From Longimicrobiales bacterium (lineage in GTDB: Bacteria > Gemmatimonadota > Gemmatimonadetes > Longimicrobiales > Gaopeijiaceae), in the NCBI GenBank assembly GCA_965204735.1, contig OZ242008.1, positions 3,968,001 to 4,032,000 of the forward strand: a stretch of 64,000 nt of DNA, written 5' to 3'. The notes beneath the pieces were generated by a model. It did no database searches and was not told the DNA's origin. It worked only from the letters and a program-made list of their open reading frames with translations. Shown here piece by piece: positions 29,866 through 40,295 of this stretch (position 1 is the first letter of the stretch; the number at the start of each line of letters is the position of its first letter). Position numbers and translations under genes: made by a program.

Positions 29866-31359
29866 ATGCTGACGCTTCGCAACCGATTCGCCGTCCTCTT
29901 CGTGACCTTTGCGGTGCTGATCAGCGTATTGGTGGGTTGGCTGGCGTGGAGCACGGCCCGGCAGATACTCGCAAACGAGATCAACGACAAGCACGAAAAG
30001 GCCACGAGGTTGATCGCTCATGGGGTCCGGGCCGAAGACATAGTCGACTACCGGCCCGGGTACGAACGGCTGGAGCTGTGGCAGACGCGGCAACGCGAGC
30101 TGGACCAGCATCGGAACGCAGGCGATGTGGCGGCGGCCCACTTCTTCTCGTGGAAGCCAGGAGCCGCCATAGCCGAGGCGCTCGTGACCGACCGGTCCGA
30201 CATCCTTCCCGGAGACCCGCTGCCCTGGGTACGCGCGTACCCAAGCGAGCTGAGCCAGGCCTACGAACAAGGATGGGCCGCGACCCCTCGCGCCGTAGGC
30301 GACAACGGCCGGTTCTACAAGTGGGCAATTCGAAGGCTCCCGAGCCGAGGAACGACGCACGCGGCCGGAGCTGGCGGGGCGATCTCCGAAGAGGGCGTCT
30401 TCCTGGCCGTGAGAATGCCTGCAAACTACGACGAGCCGTTGGCCGCGCTCAGTCGCAGAATTCTTGAACTCTCGTTGCTCATGAGCGTCTTGGCGGGCTT
30501 GGTGGGCTGGAAGATCGCGGGTTGGATCGTCTCTCGCCTGGAGAACCTGAGCCGGGCGGCGCTGCGCATTCAAAGAGGGTGGATGGACGAGCCTGTGCCG
30601 GTCACGGGAGACGACGAGATCAGTCGGCTCGCCCGGGCCATGGAGCGGATGAGGGCTGGAATTCAGCGTCGCGACGAGCAGCTGCGGCTGATGCTCTCGC
30701 GAGTCGCCCACGAGATCCGCAACCCGCTGGGGGGGCTGGAGCTCTTCGCGTCGGCCGCGCAGGACGCGGAAGACCCGGACGAGCGTCGGGCGATGCTGGG
30801 CAAGATCCGGAAGGAAGTCCTGGGGCTCAACGAGATCATCGAAGAGTTCCTCGGCTTTGGCCAGCCGGCCCAGGCAAAGCCGACCCTTCACGACGTCCGT
30901 CAGCCCTTGGCCGACGCGACGGCTTTGGCCGAGGCGGAGATGGCCAAGAAGGGCGGCCGTCTGCACGTCGAAGTGCCTCCGCGGCCCCTCCTCGCGGTTG
31001 CGGACCCTGCGCAGGTGAAGCGCCTCGTGCTGAACTTGGTTCGAAACGCGGCCGACGCGGGCCGCACGGTCTGGGTGGAGAGCGCCATGGTGAACGGGGA
31101 AGTGCGGATAGTGGTTCGCGACGACGGCCCGGGCGTGGCCCCCGAGCTGCAAGACCGGATATTCGAGCCGTTCGTGAGCGACAAGGAAAAGGGTGCAGGG
31201 CTCGGGCTGGCCATCGTCAAGGAAATTGCCGACACGAGTCGGGGCCGGGTGGAGCTGATTCGCCCGCCGCCCGCCGGCGACGGCCCAGCGGGTGCCGAGT
31301 TCCACGTGTACCTTCGGGGTCCGGAGACCTTGCCGGTCGGCGAAGGGAACGGTCGATGA
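29866..31359 (+). CDS. HAMP-domain sensor histidine kinase
   Basis: Two TMs, HAMP (GDDEISRLARAMERM), H-box VAHEIRNPL, N-box NLVRNA, DDGPG, GAGLGL. Confidence 0.95.
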   Translation: MLTLRNRFAVLFVTFAVLISVLVGWLAWSTARQILANEINDKHEKATRLIAHGVRAEDIVDYRPGYERLELWQTRQRELDQHRNAGDVAAAHFFSWKPGAAIAEALVTDRSDILPGDPLPWVRAYPSELSQAYEQGWAATPRAVGDNGRFYKWAIRRLPSRGTTHAAGAGGAISEEGVFLAVRMPANYDEPLAALSRRILELSLLMSVLAGLVGWKIAGWIVSRLENLSRAALRIQRGWMDEPVPVTGDDEISRLARAMERMRAGIQRRDEQLRLMLSRVAHEIRNPLGGLELFASAAQDAEDPDERRAMLGKIRKEVLGLNEIIEEFLGFGQPAQAKPTLHDVRQPLADATALAEAEMAKKGGRLHVEVPPRPLLAVADPAQVKRLVLNLVRNAADAGRTVWVESAMVNGEVRIVVRDDGPGVAPELQDRIFEPFVSDKEKGAGLGLAIVKEIADTSRGRVELIRPPPAGDGPAGAEFHVYLRGPETLPVGEGNGR

Positions 31360-32768
31360 GCGCGATGAAGCAAGTGTTGATCATCGACGATCACGACTCG
31401 ATGCGAACCGGTCTAGAGCTCCTCCTCCGGCGCCGTGGTCATGCGACGATGTCGGCGGAAGGTGGAGAAGAAGGTCTGCGGCTCCTGGAAGAGCGAGGGG
31501 CGGACCTGATCATCACCGATCTGAAGATGGCGCAGGTGGACGGGATGGAAGTGCTCGAGCAAGTCAAGAAGACTTCGCCCGAGACCGAAGTCCTGGTGAT
31601 CACGGCCCACGGCAACATCGAAACCGCCGTCAAGGCGATGAAGCTGGGCGCGTGCGACTTCATTACCAAGCCGTTTCGCTCGGAGGAGTTCGCCATCAAG
31701 GTGAACCGCATCCTCAAGGAGCGAGAGGAGCGGCTTCGCCTCCAGCAAGAGAACATGGCGCTGCGCGTCGAGAACACGTACTTGCGCAGCGAGGCCGAGG
31801 CCGCCGGCACGCCGTACGGTGAAATGGTCGGCAACTCCCAGGGAATGCGGCGCATCCAGCGGTTCGTGGAACGAGTGGCCCGGTCGGACTCGACGGTGAT
31901 GGTCTACGGCGAGTCGGGAACCGGCAAGGAGCTTGTGGCGCGGGCAATCCATGCTCGCTCGCCGCGCCACCGAGGACCCTTCATAAGAGTCAACTGCGGC
32001 GCGCTGCCGGAAGGTCTCCTGGACTCGGAGCTCTTCGGCCACGAACGGGGCGCGTTCACGGGCGCAGAACGCCGGCGACGCGGTCGGTTCGAGCTTGCCG
32101 ACGGCGGCACCCTCTTCCTGGACGAGATCTCCACCATTACCGCGGCCACACAGGTTCGTCTCCTGCGCGTGTTGCAGGAACGGGAGCTGGAGCGCGTAGG
32201 CGGCGAGAAGACGATCCCGGTGGACGTGCGCATCGTCGCGGCCACCAACACCCCGGCCGACGAACTCCTCTCCGGCGACGACTTCCGCGACGACCTCTAC
32301 TACCGCTTGCACGTGGTGCCCGTGACGGTGCCTCCTCTTCGGGAGCGCAAGGACGACATCCCCCTGCTCGTCGCCCACTTCGTGCAGAAGCTTCAGCCGC
32401 GCACCCGTTCCCAGGCGACCGAAGTCGATGCCGTGGCGATGAAGCGCTTGGTGTCCTACGACTGGCCTGGGAACGTGCGGGAGCTGGAGAACGTGATGGA
32501 GCAAGCTCTGGTGCTGGCGGACGGCGACGCGCTCTCCGAAAGCGACTTGCCCTTCCTGGCAAACTTGGGCACGGATGTAGGCCGGACGGCCTCCGGCGCT
32601 CTGCCCGGCGACGGCGTGAACTTGGACAAGGCCGTCGACGGAATGGAAGAAAGGCTGATCCGGCAAGCGCTGGAGCGGTCCAACGGCGTCAAGGCCGAGG
32701 CCGCCCGACTGCTGGGACTGAACAAGAGCACGTTCTACACAAAGCTGAAGAAGTACGGAATACAATGA
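31356..32768 (+). CDS. Sigma54-dependent response regulator (NtrC/AtoC family)
   Basis: Receiver IIDD...TDLKM...[26 protein letters not shown], Fis-type HTH. Confidence 0.95.
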   Translation: MSAMKQVLIIDDHDSMRTGLELLLRRRGHATMSAEGGEEGLRLLEERGADLIITDLKMAQVDGMEVLEQVKKTSPETEVLVITAHGNIETAVKAMKLGACDFITKPFRSEEFAIKVNRILKEREERLRLQQENMALRVENTYLRSEAEAAGTPYGEMVGNSQGMRRIQRFVERVARSDSTVMVYGESGTGKELVARAIHARSPRHRGPFIRVNCGALPEGLLDSELFGHERGAFTGAERRRRGRFELADGGTLFLDEISTITAATQVRLLRVLQERELERVGGEKTIPVDVRIVAATNTPADELLSGDDFRDDLYYRLHVVPVTVPPLRERKDDIPLLVAHFVQKLQPRTRSQATEVDAVAMKRLVSYDWPGNVRELENVMEQALVLADGDALSESDLPFLANLGTDVGRTASGALPGDGVNLDKAVDGMEERLIRQALERSNGVKAEAARLLGLNKSTFYTKLKKYGIQ

Positions 32769-33658
32769 GGTGGACGTTGGCGGCACTGCTCGCCGGATCG
32801 GCGGCGGCCCAAGGCTTTGCAACCGAACAAGCGGGCGCTCCGCTGTCGCCGTATTCGCCTTCGCCGCAGGACGTCCATGTCGCGCAGTACGACTCGACGA
32901 GGACCGTCTATGTGCGGGCATACGCCTTGAAGACGGAGCTGGACAACAGCTGGAGCGACACCCTGGACCGCTTGGAGGAAGCTCGCGCCTCGGGAGCAGG
33001 CGCCCGCGAACGGGGAAGCTTGGTGGCCAGAGCGAACGAGCTGTCGGACGAACTCTTGGCGGCGACGCGGGCGGTCGTAACGGCAAAGACCGATTGGTGC
33101 GAGGCAGGCAACAGGCTGATTCACTTCATCGACGCCCGACTGGCGAGCTTGGACTTGCTGGACGTGATTCCACCCGACTACGTGACCTTGGACGCTCAGC
33201 TGAGGGACGTGGAGACGGAGATGGGCAAGCGGGGGCGAGACCTGGGCATACTGCCGGACTCGGGGCCCTGCGGCATCCAGGAGCTGCCTCCCTTCCCCGA
33301 AGTTCGCGTCCGCCCGGGAGACACCCCCGAGGAGATAGAGACCAAGGCCCAGCTGCTGGACGGCGAGGCAGAGAGACTGAAGGACGAAATCTCCGCCATG
33401 GAAGGCGAGATCGGGGTGCTCGAGAACCAGCAGGCCCGGGCCAGAAGACTGGCTGCCTACCGGGCCGAGCAGGAGGGCTTCGGCCGGGGCGACCCCGTGG
33501 AAGACCAAGTGTCCGAAGGGGTCGACCGAGAAGAAGAGCTGCCCGTCGAGGTCCGAATCGACAACCTGGAACGCTTGAAGAGCGAGATCGAAAAGCAGAG
33601 AGAAGAGTTGCTGGCCAGGGCCGAAGAGTTTCGGAGTCGGATCGGAGGCGCGCGATGA
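32765..33658 (+). CDS. Secreted coiled-coil hypothetical protein
   Basis: Signal peptide [16 protein letters not shown]; long heptad segments; ATGA overlaps at both ends. Confidence 0.7.
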   Translation: MRWTLAALLAGSAAAQGFATEQAGAPLSPYSPSPQDVHVAQYDSTRTVYVRAYALKTELDNSWSDTLDRLEEARASGAGARERGSLVARANELSDELLAATRAVVTAKTDWCEAGNRLIHFIDARLASLDLLDVIPPDYVTLDAQLRDVETEMGKRGRDLGILPDSGPCGIQELPPFPEVRVRPGDTPEEIETKAQLLDGEAERLKDEISAMEGEIGVLENQQARARRLAAYRAEQEGFGRGDPVEDQVSEGVDREEELPVEVRIDNLERLKSEIEKQREELLARAEEFRSRIGGAR

Positions 33659-34815
33659 GGAAGCGGACTCGTTTCCTTTGCGTGGCCGGGCTGGCGGTCG
33701 TCGGTGCGGAAGCTCGACCGGCGGACGCCCAAGACTCTGCCGAGACGACGGGCACGCGCGTGTCCTTCGAAGACGTCACGGTTCGGGCCGGCGTGTCGGT
33801 CGGGGGCTACTGGGGCAACCTCTCCTCCGTCACGGTGGTGTGGACCGACCCGACGGAGAGGGCCTTTGCGGGCACCGGCTTCTTTCAGCTTGAAGGCGCC
33901 GTCGGATTCAGGCGAACGAACCGAGAACTCCGCGTCGCGTTCGACGGCGCGGTCCGCCAGTACGCCACGGGCGGATTCGAGCTGCGCAACTACGCGCCCC
34001 GGGAGTACAGCGGGGACGTGGGAGCGACGTACCGCCAGGCGCTCTGGGGCGGCCACGTCGCGGTAGCGGGGCAAGCAAGCGTCCGAAGCGTAGCCGACAG
34101 GCCCCCGATGCCGCTCTACCTGCAGCCGGGCTACAACAGCTCCTGGGCGTCGGTGCTCTACTCCAGAAGCCTGCCGCCCAACCGAGTCGTCCACGAGTTC
34201 GACGTCCATGGCACGTTCGAGAGTCGCGACTACGCCGCGCCGAGGGTTCTTCCCCAGCTGGACCTGCTGGATCGGTCCTCCGGCGAGGCTACCGCAGGCC
34301 TCAGCAGGTTTCTGGGTTCGGAGTACAGCACCCTCCGAGTCTTTGGAGCCTTCCGGTACCACAGCTATCCCCGCAAGGGGCTGAGCATCCGCCGAAGGGA
34401 CAAGGCCGGGCGGGCGGGCGTCGCCTGGACCCTGGACAGGTACGTCAGCCAAGGCCTTCAGGCGGAAGCCGGGATAAGCGGCACCTTCAACCGCTCCAAC
34501 TCGCGACGGGTCGAGTACAACTTGGTTGGATTCGAGGGCAAGCTGGCGAAGAGCCTCGGGTCCGCAACGGACTTGCTGCTGGACCTCAACGTCACCAGGA
34601 AGTCCTACCTTGCCCCAAGCCAGTACTTGGTTCCCGGCGAGGAGGTCGACGACTTGACGAGCGTCGAGGCCGGCGTGGTCCAGAGCTTGGGCTCGGTCTT
34701 CGCCACCATACGCGTGTACTGGAAGAAGGCCGAGACCAACATCAGCGGCGCCTACTACAGCAACTTCGGCGTGAGCTTCTCGATGAGCGCCACGCCGTGG
34801 AGGGGCGTCGGCTAG
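33655..34815 (+). CDS. Putative outer-membrane beta-barrel protein
   Basis: Signal peptide ending ADA/Q; alternating amphipathic strands rich in Y/G/F; ends YSNFGVSFSMSATPWRGVG. Confidence 0.6.
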   Translation: MRKRTRFLCVAGLAVVGAEARPADAQDSAETTGTRVSFEDVTVRAGVSVGGYWGNLSSVTVVWTDPTERAFAGTGFFQLEGAVGFRRTNRELRVAFDGAVRQYATGGFELRNYAPREYSGDVGATYRQALWGGHVAVAGQASVRSVADRPPMPLYLQPGYNSSWASVLYSRSLPPNRVVHEFDVHGTFESRDYAAPRVLPQLDLLDRSSGEATAGLSRFLGSEYSTLRVFGAFRYHSYPRKGLSIRRRDKAGRAGVAWTLDRYVSQGLQAEAGISGTFNRSNSRRVEYNLVGFEGKLAKSLGSATDLLLDLNVTRKSYLAPSQYLVPGEEVDDLTSVEAGVVQSLGSVFATIRVYWKKAETNISGAYYSNFGVSFSMSATPWRGVG

Positions 34816-36044
34816 CCTCGACCAGCGACGGCCGACAGCGCCCCAAGCACTTGCCGAATGTCGGCTTCGGTGTGGTCGGCGTTGATCTGGAAGCGGATCG
34901 ACTCGTCGCCTCGGGGGACCACGGGGTAGGCCAGCCCGGTGGCCAGGACGCCCGCGTCGAAGAGGGCGGCCACGAGCCGCCGGGTGGTCTCGGTGTCCCG
35001 GACCATGATCGGAACAATGGGGTGGTCGCCCGGGATGACCTCGAAGCCCCGGGCCGCCAGCCCTTCCTTGAAGCTCCGGGCAAGGGACCGAAGCCGCGCC
35101 AGCCGAGCTTCGCCCTCCGGGCTCTGAAGGATCTCCAGGGACTTGGCCGCCGCCGCGGCCTCGCCGGCGGTGATCGGGTTGGAGTAGACGTACATCGGCG
35201 AGGCCTCCCGAAGGAAGCGGACCACCGGCGCGCTGCTTGCCACGTAGCCGCCGTTGACGCCGAACGCCTTGCCCAAGGTGCCGACCAGGACGTCGCACGG
35301 GGGACTGTCGACGTGCTCCTCCGTGCCCCGCCCGGAGGGACCGAAGGCGCCCACGCCGTGCGAGTCGTCCACCATGACGACCACGTTCTCGGGGAAGCCG
35401 CCGTCGTGGCGGGCGGCGACGGCCATGATCTCGTCCACCGGAGCGTGGTCCCCCCTCATGGAGAAGACGCCGTCGGTCACCACGATGGCGCGTCGGGCCC
35501 TTTCCTTGGCGCTTGCCAGCGCCCGGTCCAGCGCCCCCAGATCCAGGTGGGGATAGACGGCCTTCCCCGCAGGCCGGGACATGCGGATGGCGTTGATGAT
35601 GCAGTTGTGGTTGAGCTCGTCGGAGAGGACGAAGGTGTTCTTGTCGACAAGCGAGACCAGCGCGCTCACCACGGCGGCGTAGGCCGACGAGAAGATCATC
35701 CCCGCTTCGCGCCCGTGGAAGGCGGCCAGGGCCCGCTCCAGCTCCACGTGATGCCTGTGCGTTCCGGCGATGAAGCGAACCGCGCCCGGACCCGCGCCCA
35801 TCGCCCGGGTCGCCCGCTCCTCGGCCTCGACGACGGCCGGGTGGAAGCCCAGTCCCAGGTAGGAGTTGGCGTTCATCCGGATGAAGGATCGGTCGCCCTG
35901 CCCCTCCAGAACGAAGCGCGGACCCAAGCCGTCCGCCGCCGGAACGACCTTCCGCACGACATGCTCGGCCCCCTTTGCGGTGCCCTGCTCCTCCAGCGCG
36001 GCCACTTGGCGCGCGACGACTTCGGCTAAACGGTCGATCGGCAT
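34812..36044 (-). CDS. kbl: Glycine C-acetyltransferase (2-amino-3-ketobutyrate CoA ligase), class II aminotransferase
   Basis: NANSYLG, GAVRFIAGT, SDELNHNCII, TDGVFSM, DDSH, GTLGKA; adjacent to threonine dehydrogenase. Confidence 0.82.
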   Translation of the reverse strand: MPIDRLAEVVARQVAALEEQGTAKGAEHVVRKVVPAADGLGPRFVLEGQGDRSFIRMNANSYLGLGFHPAVVEAEERATRAMGAGPGAVRFIAGTHRHHVELERALAAFHGREAGMIFSSAYAAVVSALVSLVDKNTFVLSDELNHNCIINAIRMSRPAGKAVYPHLDLGALDRALASAKERARRAIVVTDGVFSMRGDHAPVDEIMAVAARHDGGFPENVVVMVDDSHGVGAFGPSGRGTEEHVDSPPCDVLVGTLGKAFGVNGGYVASSAPVVRFLREASPMYVYSNPITAGEAAAAAKSLEILQSPEGEARLARLRSLARSFKEGLAARGFEVIPGDHPIVPIMVRDTETTRRLVAALFDAGVLATGLAYPVVPRGDESIRFQINADHTEADIRQVLGALSAVAGRG

Positions 36045-37042
36045 CTCGGCGCTTTCCTCCCTGTTGCGCGTGCTGGGGCCTTCCCCCCCTTGGACCTGCC
36101 CACGCCCTTCAGCATCGCCGACACCGTGGCGGGCAGGTCGTACGCGGGGCGCCAGCCCCACTGGGCGCGGGCCTCCGAGTCGTCCAGGCGCTCCGGCCAG
36201 GAGTCGGCGATCGACTGGCGCAGGGGATCGGGGTCGTACTCGATCTCGAACTCGGGCAGGTGGACCCGGATCGCCCCGGCAAGCTCGGCGGGCGTGAACT
36301 GCATCGCCGTGACGTTGAAGGCGTTCCGGTGGGTCAGGGCCGCGGCCGGGGCCTCCATCAGCTCGACGGCGGCCCGGATCGCGTCCGGGACGTACATCAT
36401 GTCCATGCGCGTGTCGGAGCGCAGGAAGCAGCGGTAGCGACGCCCTTCGACGGCGGCGTGGAAGATCTCGACGGCGTAGTCGGTGGTGCCGCCGCCGGGC
36501 GGCGCCGAGTACGAGATCAGGCCGGGGAAGCGCAGGCCCCGAACGTCCACGCCGAAGCGGGCGTGGTAGTAGTCGCACAGCAGCTCGCCGGCGACCTTCG
36601 TGACGCCGTAGATCGTGGTGGGCCGCTGGAGCGTGGCTTGGGGCGTGGGATCCCGCGGGCTGGTGGGTCCGAACGCGGCGATCGAGCTGGGGACGAAGAC
36701 TTGGCTTCCGGTGGCTGCCGCCGCCTCCAGGACGTTGAGCAGCCCGTCCATGTTCGTGTGGTACGCCGCCAGAGGAGCCGCTTCCGCGGCGGCGGAGAGG
36801 ACGGCGGCGAGGTGGAAGATCGCAGTGGCGTCGAACTCCTCCACCGCTTGGCGCACCGCGCCGCCGTCGAGGCAGTTCAGCCGCATCGCCGGTCGGTCGC
36901 CGGCCCACTCGCCGGGGTCGCGGACGTCGGTGGCCAGCACGGCGGTCGCCCCGTGACGCTGCGCCAGCGCGGCGGTCAGCTCGGTGCCGATCTGTCCTGC
37001 CGCGCCCGTGACCAAGAAGCGATCCGCTCCGTCGCGCGTCAT
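36026..37042 (-). CDS. SDR-type L-threonine 3-dehydrogenase (NAD-dependent epimerase family)
   Basis: TGAAGQIG, PSSIAAFG, YGVTK, PGGGTTDYAVEIF, RQSIADSWP. Confidence 0.88.
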   Translation of the reverse strand: MTRDGADRFLVTGAAGQIGTELTAALAQRHGATAVLATDVRDPGEWAGDRPAMRLNCLDGGAVRQAVEEFDATAIFHLAAVLSAAAEAAPLAAYHTNMDGLLNVLEAAAATGSQVFVPSSIAAFGPTSPRDPTPQATLQRPTTIYGVTKVAGELLCDYYHARFGVDVRGLRFPGLISYSAPPGGGTTDYAVEIFHAAVEGRRYRCFLRSDTRMDMMYVPDAIRAAVELMEAPAAALTHRNAFNVTAMQFTPAELAGAIRVHLPEFEIEYDPDPLRQSIADSWPERLDDSEARAQWGWRPAYDLPATVSAMLKGVGRSKGGKAPARATGRKAPRCRSTV

Positions 37043-37359
37043 CGAGCCTTCCGGGTCCAGCGTTCCCCGTCTCGCTCCTCGTACTTCTCCATCACCCGAT
37101 CGAAGGCGCGCGCCAGGTCGATCCCCTGCTGGTTGGCCAGCGACGCCAGCACGAAGAGCACGTCCCCGATCTCCAGCTCGAGCTCCGACGGCGCTTCGTC
37201 CCCGCGCTTGGGCTTGCAGCCGAACTGGTGGTTGATCTCCCGGGAGAGCTCGCCCACCTCCTCCACCAGCCGGGCCAGCACCGCCAGCGGCGGCCAGTAG
37301 CCTTCCTCGAAGCGGTCGATCCAGCGGTCCACCCGAGCCTGGAGTTCTTGAAGCTCCAC
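37039..37359 (-). CDS. MazG-like nucleotide pyrophosphohydrolase (YpjD-like)
   Basis: GYWPPL, EEVGELSRE, EIGDVLF, ANQQGIDL. Confidence 0.9.
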   Translation of the reverse strand: MELQELQARVDRWIDRFEEGYWPPLAVLARLVEEVGELSREINHQFGCKPKRGDEAPSELELEIGDVLFVLASLANQQGIDLARAFDRVMEKYEERDGERWTRKAR

Positions 37360-37402
37360 AACGTCGCTCCGGGCGTGCCGCGCCGGGGTTCGGGGCCCTG
37401 GC

Positions 37403-38422
37403 CTAGGGCCTGAGGACGATCTTGCCGAAGACTTCGCCCGCCTCCAGCATCTCGTGCGCCCGGCGGGCCTCGCCCAGGGGAAGCACGGCGTGGATCGGGG
37501 GCGTCGCGGCCCCGGCGAAGACTTGATGCATGGCGGCCCGGAACTCGGCGGGCGTGCCCATCGTCGAGCCCATGACCGTGAGCTGCCGCCAGAAGAGGAC
37601 GCGCAGGTCGACGGCGCCTTCGTGGCCCGTGGTGGCGCCGAAGCAGACCAGCCGACCGCTCACCGCCAGCGTCCGGACCAAGTCCCCGAAGAGGGCCTTT
37701 CCCACCGAATCCAGGCACAGGTCGATCCCTCGCCTGCCCGTGGCCCGGTAGACGTCGCGGCTCCAGCTGGGGACGGTGCGGTCGAAGACGTGGTCGGCGC
37801 CCAGCTCCCGTACCGCCTTTGCGAAGTTGGGCGACGTGAGGGCGTAGACCTCTGCTCCCGCCGCCTTCGCGTACTGGATCGCCAAGGTGGAGACGCCGCC
37901 GCTGGCGCCGGTGACGAGGACCCGCTCCCCGGCCGCGAGCCTGCCCCGCGAGACGAGGCCCCGCCAAGCGGTCACGCCCGCCAAGGCCGCCGCCGCCGCC
38001 GTCTCGAGCGACACGTCCTGGGGGACTTCCACCAAGTTCGCGGCCGGCGCCACGCAGAACTGGGCGAAGCCGCCCTGCGCGTGCTCGCCGATGACGGTGT
38101 AGGGTTCGGCCCTTGCGCCGTCCCAGCGCGCCAAGTCGTACCAGTGGTAGGCGATCGACGGGTCCACGACCACCCGCCTTCCCCGCCAAGCCCGCTCGAC
38201 GCCGGGTCCCGTCCGCTCCACCACGCCGGCCACGTCCGACCCGCCGACGTGGGGCATGGGAATCTCGATGGGCAGGCCCCGCCGCAGCCACAAGTCCAGG
38301 TGGTTCAGCGACGACGCCTCGACCCGGATTCGGACTTCGCCGGGTCCGGCTTCGGGCGTCTTCACCTCCTCGACGGCGACGACCTCGGGTCCCCCGTTCT
38401 TGTGGAACACGGCGGCTAGCAT
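37403..38422 (-). CDS. Zinc-binding dehydrogenase family / quinone oxidoreductase-like MDR
   Basis: SLNHLDLW, PHVGGSDVAGVV, TGASGGVS, GSTMG, FGKIVL. Confidence 0.9.
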   Translation of the reverse strand: MLAAVFHKNGGPEVVAVEEVKTPEAGPGEVRIRVEASSLNHLDLWLRRGLPIEIPMPHVGGSDVAGVVERTGPGVERAWRGRRVVVDPSIAYHWYDLARWDGARAEPYTVIGEHAQGGFAQFCVAPAANLVEVPQDVSLETAAAAALAGVTAWRGLVSRGRLAAGERVLVTGASGGVSTLAIQYAKAAGAEVYALTSPNFAKAVRELGADHVFDRTVPSWSRDVYRATGRRGIDLCLDSVGKALFGDLVRTLAVSGRLVCFGATTGHEGAVDLRVLFWRQLTVMGSTMGTPAEFRAAMHQVFAGAATPPIHAVLPLGEARRAHEMLEAGEVFGKIVLRP

Positions 38423-38452
38423 GGGCTAAAGATAGACGATTAGCTTTGGGCC

Positions 38453-38881
38453 GTGGACACAGCGACGAGTCGCGGGAGCGAGGGCGTGCCCGAAGCCGAA
38501 GGCGGGTTGCGCGCGCAAGGCGAACCGGGCCCCGAACCGGGCCAAGACGAGGACGACCGGACGCTGGGCGGGTACTTCTCCGTGCACAGCCGGCCCCCGG
38601 CCTTCGAGGGATGCGACGGCCAGCCCTACACGGTCTCCATCGAGACGGAGCGCTCGCCGGACCTGAAGGCGCCGGTGGCGGGGTACCTGGTCTTTCCCCG
38701 CTGGGCCGAGACGGGGCTGGGGATCGTGGGACACGTGGAGACGCCCTTGCTGTGGAGGGGCCCAACGCGGGAGGCGGTCGCCGAGGACGTCGGGGAGACC
38801 GGCCTGGGCGAGGTCCAGCGACTGCTGAACGAAGCGATCGTGCGCCGAACGGAGGGCGGCGGCGGGAACGGAGCACCGTGA
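38453..38881 (+). CDS. Hypothetical protein
   Basis: Globular-looking core HSRPPAFEGCDGQPYTVSI...FPRWAETG; GTGA overlap with queE. Confidence 0.7.
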   Translation: MDTATSRGSEGVPEAEGGLRAQGEPGPEPGQDEDDRTLGGYFSVHSRPPAFEGCDGQPYTVSIETERSPDLKAPVAGYLVFPRWAETGLGIVGHVETPLLWRGPTREAVAEDVGETGLGEVQRLLNEAIVRRTEGGGGNGAP

Positions 38882-39612
38882 AGATGCGTGGCCGGCCCGC
38901 ATCCACGGCGGCGTCCAACCGCACGCCTTCCTTGCCGGCCCAGGCCAGGAACGATTCCGTCCGCGTGACCGAGGTCTTCCACTCGATCCAGGGAGAGTCC
39001 ACGTGGGCGGGGCTGCCCTGCACCTTCGTCCGGCTGACGGGCTGCCCCCTGCGCTGCGTCTGGTGCGACACCGCCTACGCCTTCCACGGGGGAACGCGGC
39101 GGCCGATCGGCGAGGTCGTGGAGGAGGTGGCGGCGCTCGGGTGCCGGCTCGTGGAGGTGACCGGCGGAGAGCCGCTGGCGCAGCCAGGCGCGGCGGTGTT
39201 GACCAAGCGCCTCCTGGACCAGGGATGCACGGTCCTCGTGGAGACGTCGGGAGCGGTGGACGTAAGCGGTCTCGACCCCCGAGCCCATCGAATCATGGAC
39301 TTGAAGTGCCCCGGCTCCGGGGAGGAAGGCCGCAACTTGTGGGCCAACCTGGACCACCTGACGGCCCGGGACGAGATCAAGTTCGTGGTGGCGGGCGTGG
39401 AAGACTTGCAGTGGGCCTGCGACGTGGTCCGGCGCCGGGGTCTCGACCACCGCGTGGCGACCGGCTCGCTGCGCGCTCTGCTGGTGTCTCCCGTCTGGGG
39501 CGTGGAGAACGTGGAAGCGCTGGCGGAGGCCGTTCTGGCCAGCGGCCTGCCGCTCCGGTTCCAGACCCAGCTCCACAAGCACATCTGGGGGCCGGACCGG
39601 GCCGGGGTGTAG
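38878..39612 (+). CDS. queE: 7-carboxy-7-deazaguanine synthase, radical SAM
   Basis: EVFHSIQGES, FVRLTGCPLRCVWCDT, VTGGEPL, QTQLHKHIW. Confidence 0.88.
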   Translation: MKMRGRPASTAASNRTPSLPAQARNDSVRVTEVFHSIQGESTWAGLPCTFVRLTGCPLRCVWCDTAYAFHGGTRRPIGEVVEEVAALGCRLVEVTGGEPLAQPGAAVLTKRLLDQGCTVLVETSGAVDVSGLDPRAHRIMDLKCPGSGEEGRNLWANLDHLTARDEIKFVVAGVEDLQWACDVVRRRGLDHRVATGSLRALLVSPVWGVENVEALAEAVLASGLPLRFQTQLHKHIWGPDRAGV

Positions 39613-39617
39613 TAGAG

Positions 39618-40295
39618 ATGCCGACAGGAACCGCCTCCGCCTTGGTCGCCGCTCGATCGCCTCAGGACGCTCCCCCGACACTTCTCTCCCAACTGCCTCG
39701 AGCCCTGTCGGACCGCTTCGGCGCACCGTCGTCGGCCGTGCCCGACAGGCGGCGGCGGAACGCGGCGGTGGCCGTCGTGCTGCGGCCTCCGGCTACGTCG
39801 GCTTCGTCCGACGGCGGGTGGTCGCAAGCGACGGTCGCGGCCTCCGACGTGCTGCTCATCCGGCGGGCCGAGTCGGAGCGCGACCCCTGGTCCGGGCAGA
39901 TGGCCTTGCCCGGCGGTCGCCTGGACCCGACGGACGTGTCGCTGGTGGCGGCAGCCGTCCGCGAGACGCAGGAGGAAACCGGCGTGGCGCTGGCGCCCGC
40001 GCGGGACCTGATCGGCCGCTTCCCCACGGTTCGGCCGGTGAGCGTCCACATCCCCACGGTGACGATATGGCCGTTCGTCTTTGCGACCGCTCCCCGCACG
40101 CAGGCCCGAGCCGCCAGCGCCGAAGTCGCGTCGGCCCACTGGCTCTCGGTCGCGTCCCTGACGGACCCCGGCGCCCAAGGCGTCCACCACTGGCAAGGCG
40201 CCGGCGAGCGCGGATCGTTTCCGTGCGTCCGCGTGGACGGCTGCGTCGTCTGGGGCCTGACCTACCGCATCCTGATCCGGTTGTTCGGGCTGTGA
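39618..40295 (+). CDS. Nudix hydrolase, CoA pyrophosphatase type
   Basis: WSGQMALPGG, Nudix box AAVRETQEETG, VWGLTYRIL. Confidence 0.9.
   Translation: MPTGTASALVAARSPQDAPPTLLSQLPRALSDRFGAPSSAVPDRRRRNAAVAVVLRPPATSASSDGGWSQATVAASDVLLIRRAESERDPWSGQMALPGGRLDPTDVSLVAAAVRETQEETGVALAPARDLIGRFPTVRPVSVHIPTVTIWPFVFATAPRTQARAASAEVASAHWLSVASLTDPGAQGVHHWQGAGERGSFPCVRVDGCVVWGLTYRILIRLFGL

Noticed and set aside
38878..39612. queE as part of a Dpd DNA-modification defence island
   Set aside because: No dpdA/tgt-like or other dpd genes nearby; composition is host-like.
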